DNA from: a bacterium
Lineage (GTDB): Bacteria > Patescibacteriota > Minisyncoccia > Phycocordibacterales > CAIZLB01
NCBI GenBank assembly: GCA_037127815.1
Contig: JBAXXP010000002.1
Coordinates: 41,490 to 105,489 of the forward strand
Reading direction: 5' to 3'
Length of the DNA stretch: 64,000 nucleotides
The notes below the pieces were generated by a model that was not told where the DNA came from, made no database searches, and saw nothing but the letters and a program-made list of their open reading frames with translations. Shown here piece by piece: positions 1 to 10,637 of the stretch; positions within the stretch are counted from its first letter, which is position 1; every line of letters starts with the position of its first letter. Made by a program: the position numbers and the translations under genes.

Positions 1-305
1 GAGTTGCCCAAGAGGTTGCTTCAATTTTGATGGGTAAAAATACTCCTGAATATTCAAAGAACAATGTTCCAGATATTACAGTTGAACTTATTAATACATC
101 AAAAGCAGATATCAATTCTCAAAGAAAGAATGACAAGTACTACAAAAACTATTCTGGATATCCTGGAGGACAAAGAATAAGAACTATGTCAAAGGTAATT
201 GAGGATAAAGGATATTCTGAAGTTTTCAGAATTGCAGTTAACGGAATGCTTCCTGATAACAAGCTTAAAGCAAAAATGATGACTCACTTAATTGTTACAG
301 AATAA
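1..305 (+). CDS. rplM: 50S ribosomal protein L13, C-terminal part (5' end lies outside the window)
   Basis: The translation ends ...YYKNYSGYPGGQRIRT...MLPDNKLKAKMMTHLIVTE, a typical L13 C-terminus, and S9 follows immediately as in the conserved rplM-rpsI operon. Confidence 0.8.
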   Translation, partial: VAQEVASILMGKNTPEYSKNNVPDITVELINTSKADINSQRKNDKYYKNYSGYPGGQRIRTMSKVIEDKGYSEVFRIAVNGMLPDNKLKAKMMTHLIVTE

Positions 306-336
306 TAAGTTAACATCGTTAAATTTAAATAAAAAT

Positions 337-732
337 ATGAGTGAAATTAAAAAATATACAGAAACAATAGGAAGAAGAAAGACTTCATCAGCTAGAGCAA
401 GACTAGTTGAGGCTACAAAGTCTTCTATCACAGTAAACGGCAAGGAACTTGTTGAATACTTCAAGACAGCAACACTTCAAAGAAAAGCTCTTGAAGCACT
501 TGATCTAGCAGAAGTTAAGTTTGCAATCACAGTTAAGGTTGTTGGAGGAGGAATCGCAGGACAAGCAGAAGCTGTAAGACATGCTATTGCCCGCGCTATT
601 GAAAAGCATACTCCAGCACTACGTGGTGTACTTAAGTCAGCTGGATACCTAAGAAGAGACCCTAGAGCTAAGGAAAGAAGAAAGTTCGGTCTGAAGAAAG
701 CTAGAAAGGCTCCACAATGGTCAAAGCGTTAA
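337..732 (+). CDS. rpsI: 30S ribosomal protein S9
   Basis: MSEIKKYTETIGRRKTSSARARL...GGGIAGQAEAVRHAIARAI...RRDPRAKERRKFGLKKARKAPQWSKR is canonical S9. The ATG at 337 is chosen over the ORF-track start at 292 because it sits just past the L13 stop. Confidence 0.9.
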   Translation: MSEIKKYTETIGRRKTSSARARLVEATKSSITVNGKELVEYFKTATLQRKALEALDLAEVKFAITVKVVGGGIAGQAEAVRHAIARAIEKHTPALRGVLKSAGYLRRDPRAKERRKFGLKKARKAPQWSKR

Positions 733-806
733 TACAAGACGGAATCACCAAAACAATATAATAAGAAAGAGACACCAGTTGGCTCATTCAAAATTAAAAA
801 AGATAG

Positions 807-838
807 AAGCTCCCCACAAAGGAGTTTTTATCTTTATT
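807..838 (+). terminator. Intrinsic terminator after rpsI
   Basis: Hairpin AAGCTCC-ccacaaa-GGAGTTT (one G-U wobble) followed by TTTTTATCTTT. Confidence 0.5.
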
Positions 839-873
839 CGGTTCAATAGAGTCAGCCAGAGTTCGCCCGAGTG

Positions 874-882
874 TGGTATAAT
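874..882 (+). promoter_or_regulatory. Extended -10 promoter element (TGgTATAAT) upstream of the ABC exporter
   Basis: TGGTATAAT sits ~70 nt upstream of the ATG at 950. The -35 is weak. Confidence 0.3.
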
Positions 883-949
883 TTCTAAACATTTCAGACT
901 TACGGCCTTATTAACATTTTCTGATTAATATTAATTAAATTTTATTCTT

Positions 950-2755
950 ATGAAAGACTACTTAAAAGTATTTAAATTCAGTGTTAAGCAAGCAATAAAA
1001 TCAGCGCCAGTTTTGACAGTATCACTAGCTGTTATTATTTTTCTTAGTGCTCAAATTCCTTTCCTTGGATATAAAATATCAGCTGATATTATTAACAATT
1101 TGATTGATTATGCTAAAAATCCTGGAGCTGGACTAGCTATGGTTTTTAAACTTGCGTTATTGTGGGCGTTAGTTGAATCAGCAATGAGTTTATTAAGTAG
1201 ATTGAATGGTTATGTGAATGCAATTTGGAGATATAAACTACAAATAAACTCAGAAAAAATGTTTGCTGAACAGGCTACAAATCTTGATCTAGGTAGGCTT
1301 GAAAGTAAGGATTTTCAAAATTTAAAACAACGAGCATTGAGAAGGCAAATGTTCCCATTGGTTGAAGTTTTTTCATATTTCCTCTATATAATTAATCCGG
1401 TTTCCATAATCATAACCTCATCTCTTATTATTGGATTATTGGACTGGAGAATTTATTTAATTACAATAGTTTCGATAATACCTCAGATATTAATTGAAAG
1501 AAAATATGGAAAAAAGAGCTGGGGTATTTGGAGTAGTGGAGGTGGGGAGGATCAAAGAAGGTACTATGAATATAGATCACATATTACAAATACAGACAGA
1601 TTGCCTGAGGTTAAGAGATTTGGATCTTTAAATTATTTTAAAGAAAAAACATTTAACATATTTAAGGAGACAACTGAGAAATTGCAGAAGAATGAAGGTG
1701 AGAGATTCAAGAAATATACTGGAGTTGAGGTAATAAACATAGTCAGTTTTATAGCTGTTATATTTATTTTATTGACACATATTACAGATGGAAAGATATT
1801 AATTGGAGCCTTCCTTTTCTACTCTCAAACTATAGATAAGTTCTCTGGAGCGGTTTCAAACCTATTTGTTGGTATGGCATATCAGGAAGAAAATATCGCT
1901 CTATCAAATGATATTATTGACTTTCTTAATGTTAAACCTTTAATACAAACTCATAAGCCTGTGGAATTTCCTATTAAAACACCAGACGTCGGACCTGAAA
2001 TTATATTCGATAATGTTGTTTTTTCATATCCTGATACCGACAAGATAATACTTGATGGCGTATCGTTTATAATTAAATCAGGCGAGAGAGTTGGTCTTAT
2101 TGGAATAAACGGTGCTGGTAAGTCAACTATTGTTAAGTTGCTACTTAGAATGTATGATCCTACCTCAGGAAAAATCACAGTTGATGGAATTGATTTGAAA
2201 CATATAAGACCAGAAGATTGGTGGGTTCATTTATCTACTTTGATGCAGGACTTTAATAAATACACTGCCTTAACATTACGTGAATCCTTGATGATATGTA
2301 ATCTAGATAGAAGTAATAAAATCGATGAAGAAAGATTCATTGCAAGTCTTAAGAAAAGTAAGGCTGATGAGTTTGTGGAGAAATGGGATAATAAATATGA
2401 TTCAATGTTAGGAAAGGAATTTGCGGGAGAGTCATTATCAAAAGGACAGGCTCAGAAATTAGCACTCGCAAGAGCTTTCTACAAAGAAGCATCTGTTATG
2501 ATACTCGATGAACCAACAGCTTCAATTGATGCGGAATCAGAAATTGGAATATTTGAGGAATTAGAGAATCTACCTAGAACAGTTTCTATTCTTTATATTA
2601 GCCATGATATGGCAACAATCAGAAAGGCTGATAAAATAATGTTAATTGAAGATGGAAAGATTGTAGAAAGTGGTAATCATGATGAGCTTATAGATTTCAA
2701 TCGACATTACGCAAGGATATTTAATAGTCAGCTTAATAACTTAATACAGGAATAA
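950..2755 (+). CDS. ABC transporter, fused permease/ATP-binding exporter (MsbA-like)
   Basis: N-terminal multi-TM region, then Walker A GINGAGKST, ABC signature LSKGQAQKLALARA, Walker B ILDEPTASID and H-loop SHD. Confidence 0.85.
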   Translation: MKDYLKVFKFSVKQAIKSAPVLTVSLAVIIFLSAQIPFLGYKISADIINNLIDYAKNPGAGLAMVFKLALLWALVESAMSLLSRLNGYVNAIWRYKLQINSEKMFAEQATNLDLGRLESKDFQNLKQRALRRQMFPLVEVFSYFLYIINPVSIIITSSLIIGLLDWRIYLITIVSIIPQILIERKYGKKSWGIWSSGGGEDQRRYYEYRSHITNTDRLPEVKRFGSLNYFKEKTFNIFKETTEKLQKNEGERFKKYTGVEVINIVSFIAVIFILLTHITDGKILIGAFLFYSQTIDKFSGAVSNLFVGMAYQEENIALSNDIIDFLNVKPLIQTHKPVEFPIKTPDVGPEIIFDNVVFSYPDTDKIILDGVSFIIKSGERVGLIGINGAGKSTIVKLLLRMYDPTSGKITVDGIDLKHIRPEDWWVHLSTLMQDFNKYTALTLRESLMICNLDRSNKIDEERFIASLKKSKADEFVEKWDNKYDSMLGKEFAGESLSKGQAQKLALARAFYKEASVMILDEPTASIDAESEIGIFEELENLPRTVSILYISHDMATIRKADKIMLIEDGKIVESGNHDELIDFNRHYARIFNSQLNNLIQE

Positions 2756-2849
2756 ACCCTAGTGGTTGATTTTGTAAGATTGATTCAGGGCTATTTGCTC
2801 AAACATCGAAAATAAGTATAATTTTTAACATAACAACCCTTACAAAACC

Positions 2850-3503
2850 ATGAAAGACGACATACAAAAGCAAAACATAGGAGATATCCAATTAGATGAC
2901 GAGGAAACTACAGCACCATATACAGCTAGCGATATAAAGGATTCATTGGATGATGCAGAATCTGAAGACCTTGATGTGGAGGAGTTTGTTGATACTGATG
3001 AGGAAGGTAAGGAGGTTGGATCATCAGAAAAGCTAAAGCAATTAAGAGAAAAACTTAAGATTGCCATTAATGAGAAACAAGAATACCTAACAGGTTGGCA
3101 AAAGGAAAAAGCTGAGTTTGTAAACATAAGAAGAAGAGATGAGGAATCAAAACAAGAATTTCTAAAATTTGCTACTCAAAATCTATTGGAGGAATTTATA
3201 CCAGTTATAGATAGTTTCGATATGGCAATGTCTAATAAAGTAGCCTGGGAGGCGGTATCTTTGGAGTGGAGAAACGGAATGGAGAAAATTTATAATCAAT
3301 TCAAGGCAGTTTTGTCAAAGAATGATGTTACAGAATTTGGAGAAATAGGTGATAAGGCAGATCCTGCAAAATTCCATATGATTGGAGTAGATAGTACAAC
3401 CGATGCTAAACTCGATGAAACTGTTTCTTCGGTTTTACAAAAAGGATACATGGTCAAGGACAAAGTTTTAAGACCTGCGATGGTTAGGGTTTTTCAAAAA
3501 TAA
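2850..3503 (+). CDS. grpE: Nucleotide exchange factor GrpE
   Basis: Acidic N-terminus, coiled-coil (KLKQLREKLKIAINEKQEYLTGWQKEKAEFVNIRRR) and GrpE C-terminal fold motifs (LLEEFIPVIDSFDMAM). It sits just upstream of dnaK. Confidence 0.85.
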   Translation: MKDDIQKQNIGDIQLDDEETTAPYTASDIKDSLDDAESEDLDVEEFVDTDEEGKEVGSSEKLKQLREKLKIAINEKQEYLTGWQKEKAEFVNIRRRDEESKQEFLKFATQNLLEEFIPVIDSFDMAMSNKVAWEAVSLEWRNGMEKIYNQFKAVLSKNDVTEFGEIGDKADPAKFHMIGVDSTTDAKLDETVSSVLQKGYMVKDKVLRPAMVRVFQK

Positions 3504-3561
3504 TAAGCGGAAACGATACTCAAAAACCTTGACAGGTGTGCTATAATATAAAAACAAGAAG

Positions 3562-4077
3562 ATGATAATCGCTCAAAAGACCTATAAACATAAGGTTTTA
3601 CTGCTAATGAAGGTAGGATTAGCGGTTTTTATGGTGGTTGTTTTTTTGGCTCAAAATGCTCAATCTGGGGTATATGAGGCTGGAAATTATGCCTACAAAA
3701 GGCTGAATGCCAATGAGACTCAGTATTTCCTAAATAGCCTAAATACTCTGTCTGACGGAGCTGTAGGTGGCCTAGGAATGGGTCAGCAAGCTATTCAAGG
3801 ATTGAATCTAGAGCTACTTTCTGCTCAAATTTCAGAGCATATTAGAACAGCTGTTGAACCACTACTTCTTCATGAGGCTTCAATAATAAGCAATATTTCT
3901 CCATTATTTACAGCACATCAAAGTTCAAATAATATTCTGATATATTCTTTTGTCTTGGGTGTACTCGCTCTACTATTAATTGATAGACAAAAACTAATGT
4001 TTAAAGATGGTCAATTTATGAGACTCAAAAAATCACTTGTAAGTATTTCACCAAGATCTCCAAACTCAGTTATCTAA
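3562..4077 (+). CDS. Hypothetical membrane-anchored protein between grpE and dnaK
   Basis: N-terminal hydrophobic segment (LLLMKVGLAVFMVVVFLAQ) and a second hydrophobic stretch near the C-terminus. No recognisable domain. An extended -10 (TGCTATAAT) lies at ~3534-3542. Confidence 0.35.
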   Translation: MIIAQKTYKHKVLLLMKVGLAVFMVVVFLAQNAQSGVYEAGNYAYKRLNANETQYFLNSLNTLSDGAVGGLGMGQQAIQGLNLELLSAQISEHIRTAVEPLLLHEASIISNISPLFTAHQSSNNILIYSFVLGVLALLLIDRQKLMFKDGQFMRLKKSLVSISPRSPNSVI

Positions 4078-4210
4078 TTTAGAATTTGTTTGATGTGTTT
4101 GATATATTCAACACATTCAACATATTCCACTTTACAAATTTATTAAATGATATTGGTAAAAACCAATAGAGGAAAATTAAAAGAAAATAATTAAATAACT
4201 AAATAAAACT

Positions 4211-6139
4211 ATGGCTAAAATAATAGGAATAGACTTGGGAACAACTAACTCGGCCGTTGCCGTAATGGAGGCTGGGGCTCCAAAGATTCTAGAGAACGCA
4301 GAAGGTTCAAGAACAACACCTTCAATTGTGGCAATCTCAAAGACAAATGAGAGACTTGTTGGATTATTAGCAAAGCGTCAAGCTGTAACTAATCCAAAGA
4401 ATACCGTTTATGGTATCAAGAGATTTATCGGGCACAGTTTTGATGAGGCCGGAGTTCAAGCTGATCTAAAAACCGTAGCTTACGATCTTTCAAAGGCAGC
4501 AAACGGTGGAGTTAATATAAAGATGGCTGACAAGGATTACTCTGCAGAAGAAGTTTCTGCAATGATTCTTTCAAAAATTAAGGCTGATGTTGAGGCAAAA
4601 CTTGGTGAGAAAATTACACAGGCTGTTATTACAGTTCCTGCATACTTCAATGACTCACAAAGACAAGCGACAAAGGATGCTGGTAAAATTGCAGGACTTG
4701 AAGTAATGAGAATCATTAATGAGCCAACAGCAGCGGCTCTTGCTTATGGATTCAACAAAAAGAAGGATGAGAAATTAGCAGTCTTTGACTTTGGAGGAGG
4801 AACATTTGATATCTCAATTCTAGAAGTTGGTGATGAAGTTGTCGAGGTTAAAGCAACAGACGGAGACCATAGACTTGGAGGACGCGATATTGATTACAAA
4901 CTATTAAATTACATCGCTGATGAATTTAAGAAAGAAAACGGAATTGATCTTAGAAAAGACCCTCTTGCAATGCAAAGGCTTGATGAGTCAGCTGAGAAGG
5001 CAAAGATTGAACTTTCAACAGCGACAGAAACAGAAATAAATATTCCTTTTATTGCTAACGATGATTCAGGACCAAGACACTTGGTACTTAAAATTACTCG
5101 TGCAAAATTGGAAGAAATTGCTGATGAATTCATAGAGCGCGCAATGCAAATTACAAAGCGTGCAATTGAGGCTTCACCATTTAAGGTGGCTGATATTAAT
5201 GAAATTATCCTAGTTGGAGGACAAACAAGAATGCCAAAACTTAGAGAGACTGTTAAAGCTTTCTTTGGAAAGGAACCAAATCTTACAATTAATCCTGATG
5301 AAGTTGTCGCCCTAGGTGCTGCAATTCAAGGTGGAGTTCTTGGAGGAGATGTCACTGGAATTCTACTTCTAGACGTTATTCCACTTTCACTTGGAATTGA
5401 AACTATGGGAAATGTTACAACAAAACTTATTGAAAGAAATACAACTATCCCTACATCACGTTCACAAGTTTTCTCAACTGCGGCGGACAATCAAACATCT
5501 GTAGAGATTCATATTGTTCAAGGTGAGCGTGCTCTTGCGCAAGACAATAAGTCACTAGGTAGATTTATTCTAGATGGTGTTCCACCAGCACCACGTGGTA
5601 TGCCCCAAGTTGAGGTTACTTTTGATGTTGATGCAAACGGAATCCTAAGTGTTAAAGCAAAGGAGAAGGCAACAAACAAAGAACAATCAATTAGAATTGA
5701 AGCAAGCTCAAGTCTTTCAAAAGAGGATATTGAGAAGATGAAGCAAGATGCTGAACTTCACGCAGCTGATGATGTTAAGAAGAAAGAGGAAATTGAAATG
5801 AGAAATACTGCTGATAACATGATTTACACAGCGGAAAAGGCTATCAGAGAGAATAAGGAAAAGATTCCAGCTGAGGTTATAACGGGAGTTGAGGAAAAGG
5901 TTACTGCACTTCGTGCTATTAAGGATACTGGTGAAATTGAAGCTGTTAAAAAAGCATCTGAAGAACTTTCAACTGAAATTTCAAAGATTGGTGAAGCGCT
6001 TTCAAAGGCAGCACCCGCTCCTGAGGCTGGAGCTACTCCAGGGGCTGAATCTGCAACAGAACCCGCAACTGGACCAGAAACTGGATCAACAGAAAAAACA
6101 CCAGAGGGTGACAATGTTAGAGATGCGGAGACAAAATAA
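4211..6139 (+). CDS. dnaK: Chaperone DnaK (Hsp70)
   Basis: [22 protein letters not shown]..., DLGGGTFD, the Hsp70 signatures and an acidic, Gly/Ala/Pro-rich tail. Confidence 0.95.
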   Translation: MAKIIGIDLGTTNSAVAVMEAGAPKILENAEGSRTTPSIVAISKTNERLVGLLAKRQAVTNPKNTVYGIKRFIGHSFDEAGVQADLKTVAYDLSKAANGGVNIKMADKDYSAEEVSAMILSKIKADVEAKLGEKITQAVITVPAYFNDSQRQATKDAGKIAGLEVMRIINEPTAAALAYGFNKKKDEKLAVFDFGGGTFDISILEVGDEVVEVKATDGDHRLGGRDIDYKLLNYIADEFKKENGIDLRKDPLAMQRLDESAEKAKIELSTATETEINIPFIANDDSGPRHLVLKITRAKLEEIADEFIERAMQITKRAIEASPFKVADINEIILVGGQTRMPKLRETVKAFFGKEPNLTINPDEVVALGAAIQGGVLGGDVTGILLLDVIPLSLGIETMGNVTTKLIERNTTIPTSRSQVFSTAADNQTSVEIHIVQGERALAQDNKSLGRFILDGVPPAPRGMPQVEVTFDVDANGILSVKAKEKATNKEQSIRIEASSSLSKEDIEKMKQDAELHAADDVKKKEEIEMRNTADNMIYTAEKAIRENKEKIPAEVITGVEEKVTALRAIKDTGEIEAVKKASEELSTEISKIGEALSKAAPAPEAGATPGAESATEPATGPETGSTEKTPEGDNVRDAETK

Positions 6140-6373
6140 TCTAATCTAGAATCATCTCAGGCAAGATAGATTACACTAAGCACAAACATAGACCCGCGAA
6201 GTTTGGAGAATCGACAACAAACAAGTAAGTACTTTTTTACAAATCATGCGTTTCTGCATGAGCGAATATTCAATCGATGGACATTTATCCATTATTGAAT
6301 ATTCGTCATATAATTATTAAATCACAAAGTAGGTATGGGCCTAAATTAAAATCGAAAATCAAATTAAATCAAA

Positions 6374-7486
6374 ATGGCTAAAGACTATTACAAAACATTG
6401 GGGGTTGATAAGGGTGCAAGCAAAGATGAAATCAAAAAAGCTTTCAGAAAACTTGCTCATGAGCATCACCCTGATAAAAATCCAAAGAGCGCAGATAAAT
6501 TCAAAGAAATAAGTGAAGCTTATAGTACTTTATCTGATGATTCAAAGCGTGCTCAATATGATCAATTTGGATCAGCTGGTCCTGGTGGTGGAGGACAGTA
6601 TGGTGGTGGACAAGGCCAAGGAGGTTTTGGGGGTTTTGATTTTTCTGGAAGTGGTTTTGGTGGAGGGGACTTTGGACAAGATGGTGTTGAATTTGATTTA
6701 GGCGATATTTTTGGAAGTATGTTTGGTGGTGGAGGAAGAAGTTCTGCTAAAAAACAAAGACGAGGACGTGATATAGAAATTAGTATTGAAATAGATTTTA
6801 AATCGTCCATATTTGGAAAAGAAGAAAAGGTGACAGTTAGCAAGGATAGCACTTGTAGCCATTGCGATGGCACAAGAGGTGAACCTGGTACTAAGTTTGA
6901 TGATTGTGGTACTTGCCAAGGAACTGGAACTGTCTATGAAATAAAACGTACAATCTTTGGTCAGATGCAAAATGAGAAAATTTGCGATAAATGTTTTGGT
7001 ACCGGAAAAATTCCTAAAGAAAAATGTAAAACATGTAGAGGTGAGGGAACAGTACATAGCACAGAGGAGATAAGTGTAATAATTCCACCAGGGATAAATC
7101 CAGGTGACACATTAAGAGTTCAAGGAAAGGGTGAGTCTATAGCAGGTGGTGCCCCAGGGGATTTATTTATTAAGCTACATATCAAAAAACATCCAAAAAT
7201 AATTAAAGATAATTTTGATTTAATATTTCCACTTGAAATTAAATTAACAGACGCACTACTTGGAGCTGACATTAAAGTTGAAACACTTGAAGGTGAGTTA
7301 ATACTAACGGTGCCCGCTGGAATTACACACGGAGAAATGCTCAGAGTTAGAGGAAAAGGAGTACCAATGGATAATAGAGCCACTCGCCGAGGAGATCTGT
7401 TGTTCAAGATCTCAATTAGTATTCCAAAGAAGCTTTCAAAGGATGCAAGAAAGTTACTGGAGGAATTAAAGAAAGAGGGGATATAG
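6374..7486 (+). CDS. dnaJ: Chaperone DnaJ (Hsp40)
   Basis: J-domain with HPD ([31 protein letters not shown]), a G/F-rich linker and four CxxCxGxG zinc-finger repeats. Confidence 0.95.
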   Translation: MAKDYYKTLGVDKGASKDEIKKAFRKLAHEHHPDKNPKSADKFKEISEAYSTLSDDSKRAQYDQFGSAGPGGGGQYGGGQGQGGFGGFDFSGSGFGGGDFGQDGVEFDLGDIFGSMFGGGGRSSAKKQRRGRDIEISIEIDFKSSIFGKEEKVTVSKDSTCSHCDGTRGEPGTKFDDCGTCQGTGTVYEIKRTIFGQMQNEKICDKCFGTGKIPKEKCKTCRGEGTVHSTEEISVIIPPGINPGDTLRVQGKGESIAGGAPGDLFIKLHIKKHPKIIKDNFDLIFPLEIKLTDALLGADIKVETLEGELILTVPAGITHGEMLRVRGKGVPMDNRATRRGDLLFKISISIPKKLSKDARKLLEELKKEGI

Positions 7487-7550
7487 AATAAACTTCCTAT
7501 TATCCCTAAAATTAGACTCTGGGCGATAAATAGTATATAATGGCTACATT

Positions 7551-7667
7551 ATGGCAAAAAGAGCAACTGGTGTAGGAAAAGGTAAGGCTTCTCGTTCTAA
7601 AAAAACAAAGAAGAGACTTGCAATAAAGCATGAAGCTTTCGCAAAAAGAGATCCAAACAAGAGATAG
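7551..7667 (+). CDS. Small basic protein (38 aa), unannotated ORF with its own promoter and terminator
   Basis: MAKRATGVGKGKASRSKKTKKRLAIKHEAFAKRDPNKR. A TTAGAC-18nt-TATAAT promoter (7512-7541) ends ~9 nt before the ATG (leaderless-like), and a strong terminator follows. Absent from the ORF track because it is under 60 aa. Confidence 0.3.
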   Translation: MAKRATGVGKGKASRSKKTKKRLAIKHEAFAKRDPNKR

Positions 7668-7701
7668 TCTTGAATACTATATTCATGTCTGTTAATAATT
7701 A

Positions 7702-7742
7702 CCCCATCTGAGACTGAAGCAGTCGATGGGGTTTTTATCTTT
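7702..7742 (+). terminator. Intrinsic terminator
   Basis: CCCCATC-tgagactgaagcagtc-GATGGGG followed by TTTTTATCTTT. Confidence 0.6.
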
Positions 7743-7833
7743 GATAGCAAATTTAGCGATTGAATGTTCACGAAGTATTTTATTAACATAAATAATTTCC
7801 ACAATAAGATAAAACAATATATAATAAATACAT

Positions 7834-8301
7834 ATGTTCAACATCGGATTAATTGCAACTCTCGTCGTTCTTATCGGTTTAACTTTTTACAAGGGGAGAG
7901 GAGTAATGTATTCACTAATAATTGCATTTTATCCAACAGCTGTAATTTTCAAATCTTTTCCATATTTGCAAAACGTATTAGTTGCAAAGGATACAGCCTT
8001 TAATATTTACCTTTCACAAGCCGGAGTTTTTATAGTGATGTTTGCTTTACTATTCTTTATCACAAGAAGACTTAGTCATTATGACGGTACAAAAAGTGGT
8101 ATAGCTGGCTTCTTAGACGCTGTACTTCTTTCAGTTTCGTTGATTCTATTAGTTATGACCCTAACATTTCACATACTACCAGCAAGGGATATATATAGCT
8201 TAACAGCAGACCTTAGAGACTTCTTTAAATCTGGACTAGGTGATTTTGTGTGTGTCTTGTCTCCAATGATTGCGCTCATGATAGTTACAAGAAGAGGTTA
8301 G
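7834..8301 (+). CDS. Integral membrane protein (possibly CvpA-like)
   Basis: Four predicted TM helices in 155 aa and no catalytic motif. The family assignment is tentative. Confidence 0.35.
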   Translation: MFNIGLIATLVVLIGLTFYKGRGVMYSLIIAFYPTAVIFKSFPYLQNVLVAKDTAFNIYLSQAGVFIVMFALLFFITRRLSHYDGTKSGIAGFLDAVLLSVSLILLVMTLTFHILPARDIYSLTADLRDFFKSGLGDFVCVLSPMIALMIVTRRG

Positions 8302-8465
8302 AGATAAGGTTGAAGGTAGGCCATGTTCAAGCCATTGTTTTTTTGGTGTTACTGTGTTATAGTAGCATTAATGTTATCGATTCTCCTGTCATTTAGGCAA
8401 AGGGATTAACCCCGACGACGTTAGGCGGTAAGACCTCAAATTGGTACCTTACCCCATACAAATAT

Positions 8466-9704
8466 ATGAAAAATAAAATGGATTTATACTGCGCTACCTT
8501 TGTAAGTGGCGGACAGAGCATAATAGAGAGACAACTTAAGAAAAAGCCAAAGGATAGATTTAGACTTGTAGAAGTAATTGATGGTATGGCGATTTTTGAA
8601 ACTGACTATACTCCGCATGAGTTAAGACAAATGCGTTTTTTTACTAATATATTTGTTATATTAAACGGTCTATATTTCAAGGAAGATATGTCTTTTGAAA
8701 ACTTGTTCAAGAGATTTATAAATGATGGTGTGCACAACAAATCACATGTCAGAACTCTACTAGGACAACACAGAGAAACTTTTAAAATTGTTGTTGCAGA
8801 AAACAATCAGACAATTGGTTTTGATCGTGTATATCTACAAAAAGCAGAAACGGTTGTTGAAAAAGATCTAGGAATGAAGCTTTCTGTTCGTGAACCCCAA
8901 AGAGAACTTTGGTTTATGAGAAGAAATAAGCTTAGGGTTAACAAAGAGAATGTTGAAGAAGTTGACGAAGAGTGGAATGAGGCGGTAGCAAAAGCTACAG
9001 CTGACAAGAACGGAAACACAGTAGGGGATACAGAGGGTGAACTAACACCACTTGGTGAAGTATTGGAACCAAAGAATAAGAACATAAGACTTATTTGTGC
9101 ACTTAGACTAACTCAACTTTCTGAAGACAAAAAACATCATAGAGCTGGCGAGCTTCCTCCAGAAGTTGCCGAGCTTCTAATACTGGAATCTAACCCAACT
9201 CCAAAGGATATTATTCTTGATCCATTTTGTGGTTATGGAGGAATTCTAAAAGAGCGTGTTCACTTTAATGCATATAAAAATGCTATTGGTGTTGATTCAC
9301 ATGAGCGTGCTATTGAAGGAATTCACAAAGAATTAAACAGACAAATCAATACCAGAAAGAATATAAAATTAATTCACGGAGATTTCTTTGAATTAAAAGA
9401 AGAAACTATTCCAAAGGGTTCAATTACAAAAATTATTACTGATCCACCATGGACAAGTTTCCGTGGAAAAAGTGTATTCAAAGATCATGCTTTTGAGAAT
9501 AATAAAATCGATTATAATGAAATGCTTACTAAATTTGAGTATGTTCTAATGAGAGGCGGAAAAGCTATTATATTAATAGTGGGGGATAAGGAGGAGTTTG
9601 AAAATAATCTATTCAATTTTCAAAAGACTATGAAATTAGACAGAACAACTCATATTCTTGTGGCTGGAAAAAAGGCTGCCATTTACAATATCTCAAGACA
9701 ATAA
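8466..9704 (+). CDS. Putative SAM-dependent RNA (N2-guanine/N6-adenine type) methyltransferase with N-terminal THUMP-like region
   Basis: ITDPPW (motif IV D/N-PP-W/Y of amino-MTases), a Rossmann-like segment DPFCGYGGIL, and an N-terminal region resembling the THUMP domain of RlmL/Trm11-type enzymes. Confidence 0.5.
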   Translation: MKNKMDLYCATFVSGGQSIIERQLKKKPKDRFRLVEVIDGMAIFETDYTPHELRQMRFFTNIFVILNGLYFKEDMSFENLFKRFINDGVHNKSHVRTLLGQHRETFKIVVAENNQTIGFDRVYLQKAETVVEKDLGMKLSVREPQRELWFMRRNKLRVNKENVEEVDEEWNEAVAKATADKNGNTVGDTEGELTPLGEVLEPKNKNIRLICALRLTQLSEDKKHHRAGELPPEVAELLILESNPTPKDIILDPFCGYGGILKERVHFNAYKNAIGVDSHERAIEGIHKELNRQINTRKNIKLIHGDFFELKEETIPKGSITKIITDPPWTSFRGKSVFKDHAFENNKIDYNEMLTKFEYVLMRGGKAIILIVGDKEEFENNLFNFQKTMKLDRTTHILVAGKKAAIYNISRQ

Positions 9705-9841
9705 TCTTAAAACAGTCTCGGTTATCCCGCATTATGTTGACATTGGGCGTATAAAACGTATTATTTTATTCGAACATATAGCACTTTGATTTCGCTCCGT
9801 GGTGGAGTATTTCAGTTGCTACAACCCCAAATAAACATCCT

Positions 9842-10426
9842 ATGAATGCAGTGATAATTGATAGTACGATGCTGTCGCTGACTGTAATCGCAGCAATACT
9901 TTCTATTTTTCTTGTGCAATTGATTTTCAAGAAAAACATACAGGACGATGTGCAGGATAACTCTATTTTGACGTTGATGAAGGTTAAGGCTAATTCAAAA
10001 AAACTGAATGAGCTGAGTCGTAATAAAAGTCTTGGTAACAAGGATTTATATTGCGAAGCCAAAATAATACTTCGTGATGCTTTGAACGAAGGCTTACTTT
10101 TTACAGGGAAACAATGCCGCTTTGGAATAGGTAGGGATAAATTCTGTACATCAAACGGTGATAATAATCTATACAAGATACTCGCAAAGGAATACACCAA
10201 ACAAGCTGGCTATTACAATCAAGAGGATTTGAAAGTCTCCGGATGGGTTACTCTTGTTGTACAAACTTATTTGCGGTTAATTGATAAAAAGATCGGCAGC
10301 AAGAATCTTGCAACATCTAGTCTTGAATCTGAATACAAGAGTGGACTTGAGGACATTGTTGAAAGTCTCAAGGTACTGGAGGAACTGTGTCCATATTCCT
10401 TGACCAGTACATTGCGCAATGCCTGA
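9842..10426 (+). CDS. Hypothetical protein with N-terminal TM anchor
   Basis: N-terminal hydrophobic segment and no recognisable domain. Followed by a terminator and a REP. Confidence 0.35.
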   Translation: MNAVIIDSTMLSLTVIAAILSIFLVQLIFKKNIQDDVQDNSILTLMKVKANSKKLNELSRNKSLGNKDLYCEAKIILRDALNEGLLFTGKQCRFGIGRDKFCTSNGDNNLYKILAKEYTKQAGYYNQEDLKVSGWVTLVVQTYLRLIDKKIGSKNLATSSLESEYKSGLEDIVESLKVLEELCPYSLTSTLRNA

Positions 10427-10471
10427 ATACTCAAGTTGTTTCAGCTAAATATCCATCCACAAATCACAAAC

Positions 10472-10526
10472 CCGCTTAATTGCTACAACTCGTCATATAC
10501 GAGAAGTGCAATTGAGCGGTTTTTTT
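10472..10526 (+). terminator. Intrinsic terminator (long-loop hairpin)
   Basis: CCGCTTAATTGC ... GCAATTGAGCGG plus TTTTTTT, with an inner CTCGT/ACGAG hairpin in the loop. Confidence 0.5.
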
Positions 10527-10554
10527 GGGGTCAGGCACCACGGTGCCTGACCCC
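10527..10554. repeat. REP-like 28-bp perfect palindrome (copy 1)
   Basis: GGGGTCAGGCACCACGGTGCCTGACCCC. Member of the family listed in the findings. Confidence 0.85.
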
Positions 10555-10637
10555 AAAAAAAGGTGTGCATATCTATATTGAAAATTTACAGACATGTTAT
10601 AATCAGTAAGTACTAATAATATTATAATACTAGAATT

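Noticed and set aside
4909-7407. Several 60-120-aa ORFs antisense to or overlapping dnaK and dnaJ (4909..5133-, 5824..6114-, 5889..6149+, 6513..6701+, 6562..6873-, 6698..7057-, 7120..7407-).
   Set aside because: They lie inside highly conserved chaperone genes, are low-complexity (Pro/Ser-rich) and are typical shadow ORFs.
7544-7804. Minus-strand 86-aa ORF.
   Set aside because: It overlaps the better-supported plus-strand small ORF, with its promoter and terminator, and spans a rho-independent terminator hairpin.
9766-10200. Minus-strand 144-aa ORF overlapping 9842..10426(+).
   Set aside because: The plus-strand ORF is longer, has an N-terminal TM helix and is followed by a terminator in the correct orientation. 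The two are mutually exclusive, though neither is strongly supported.
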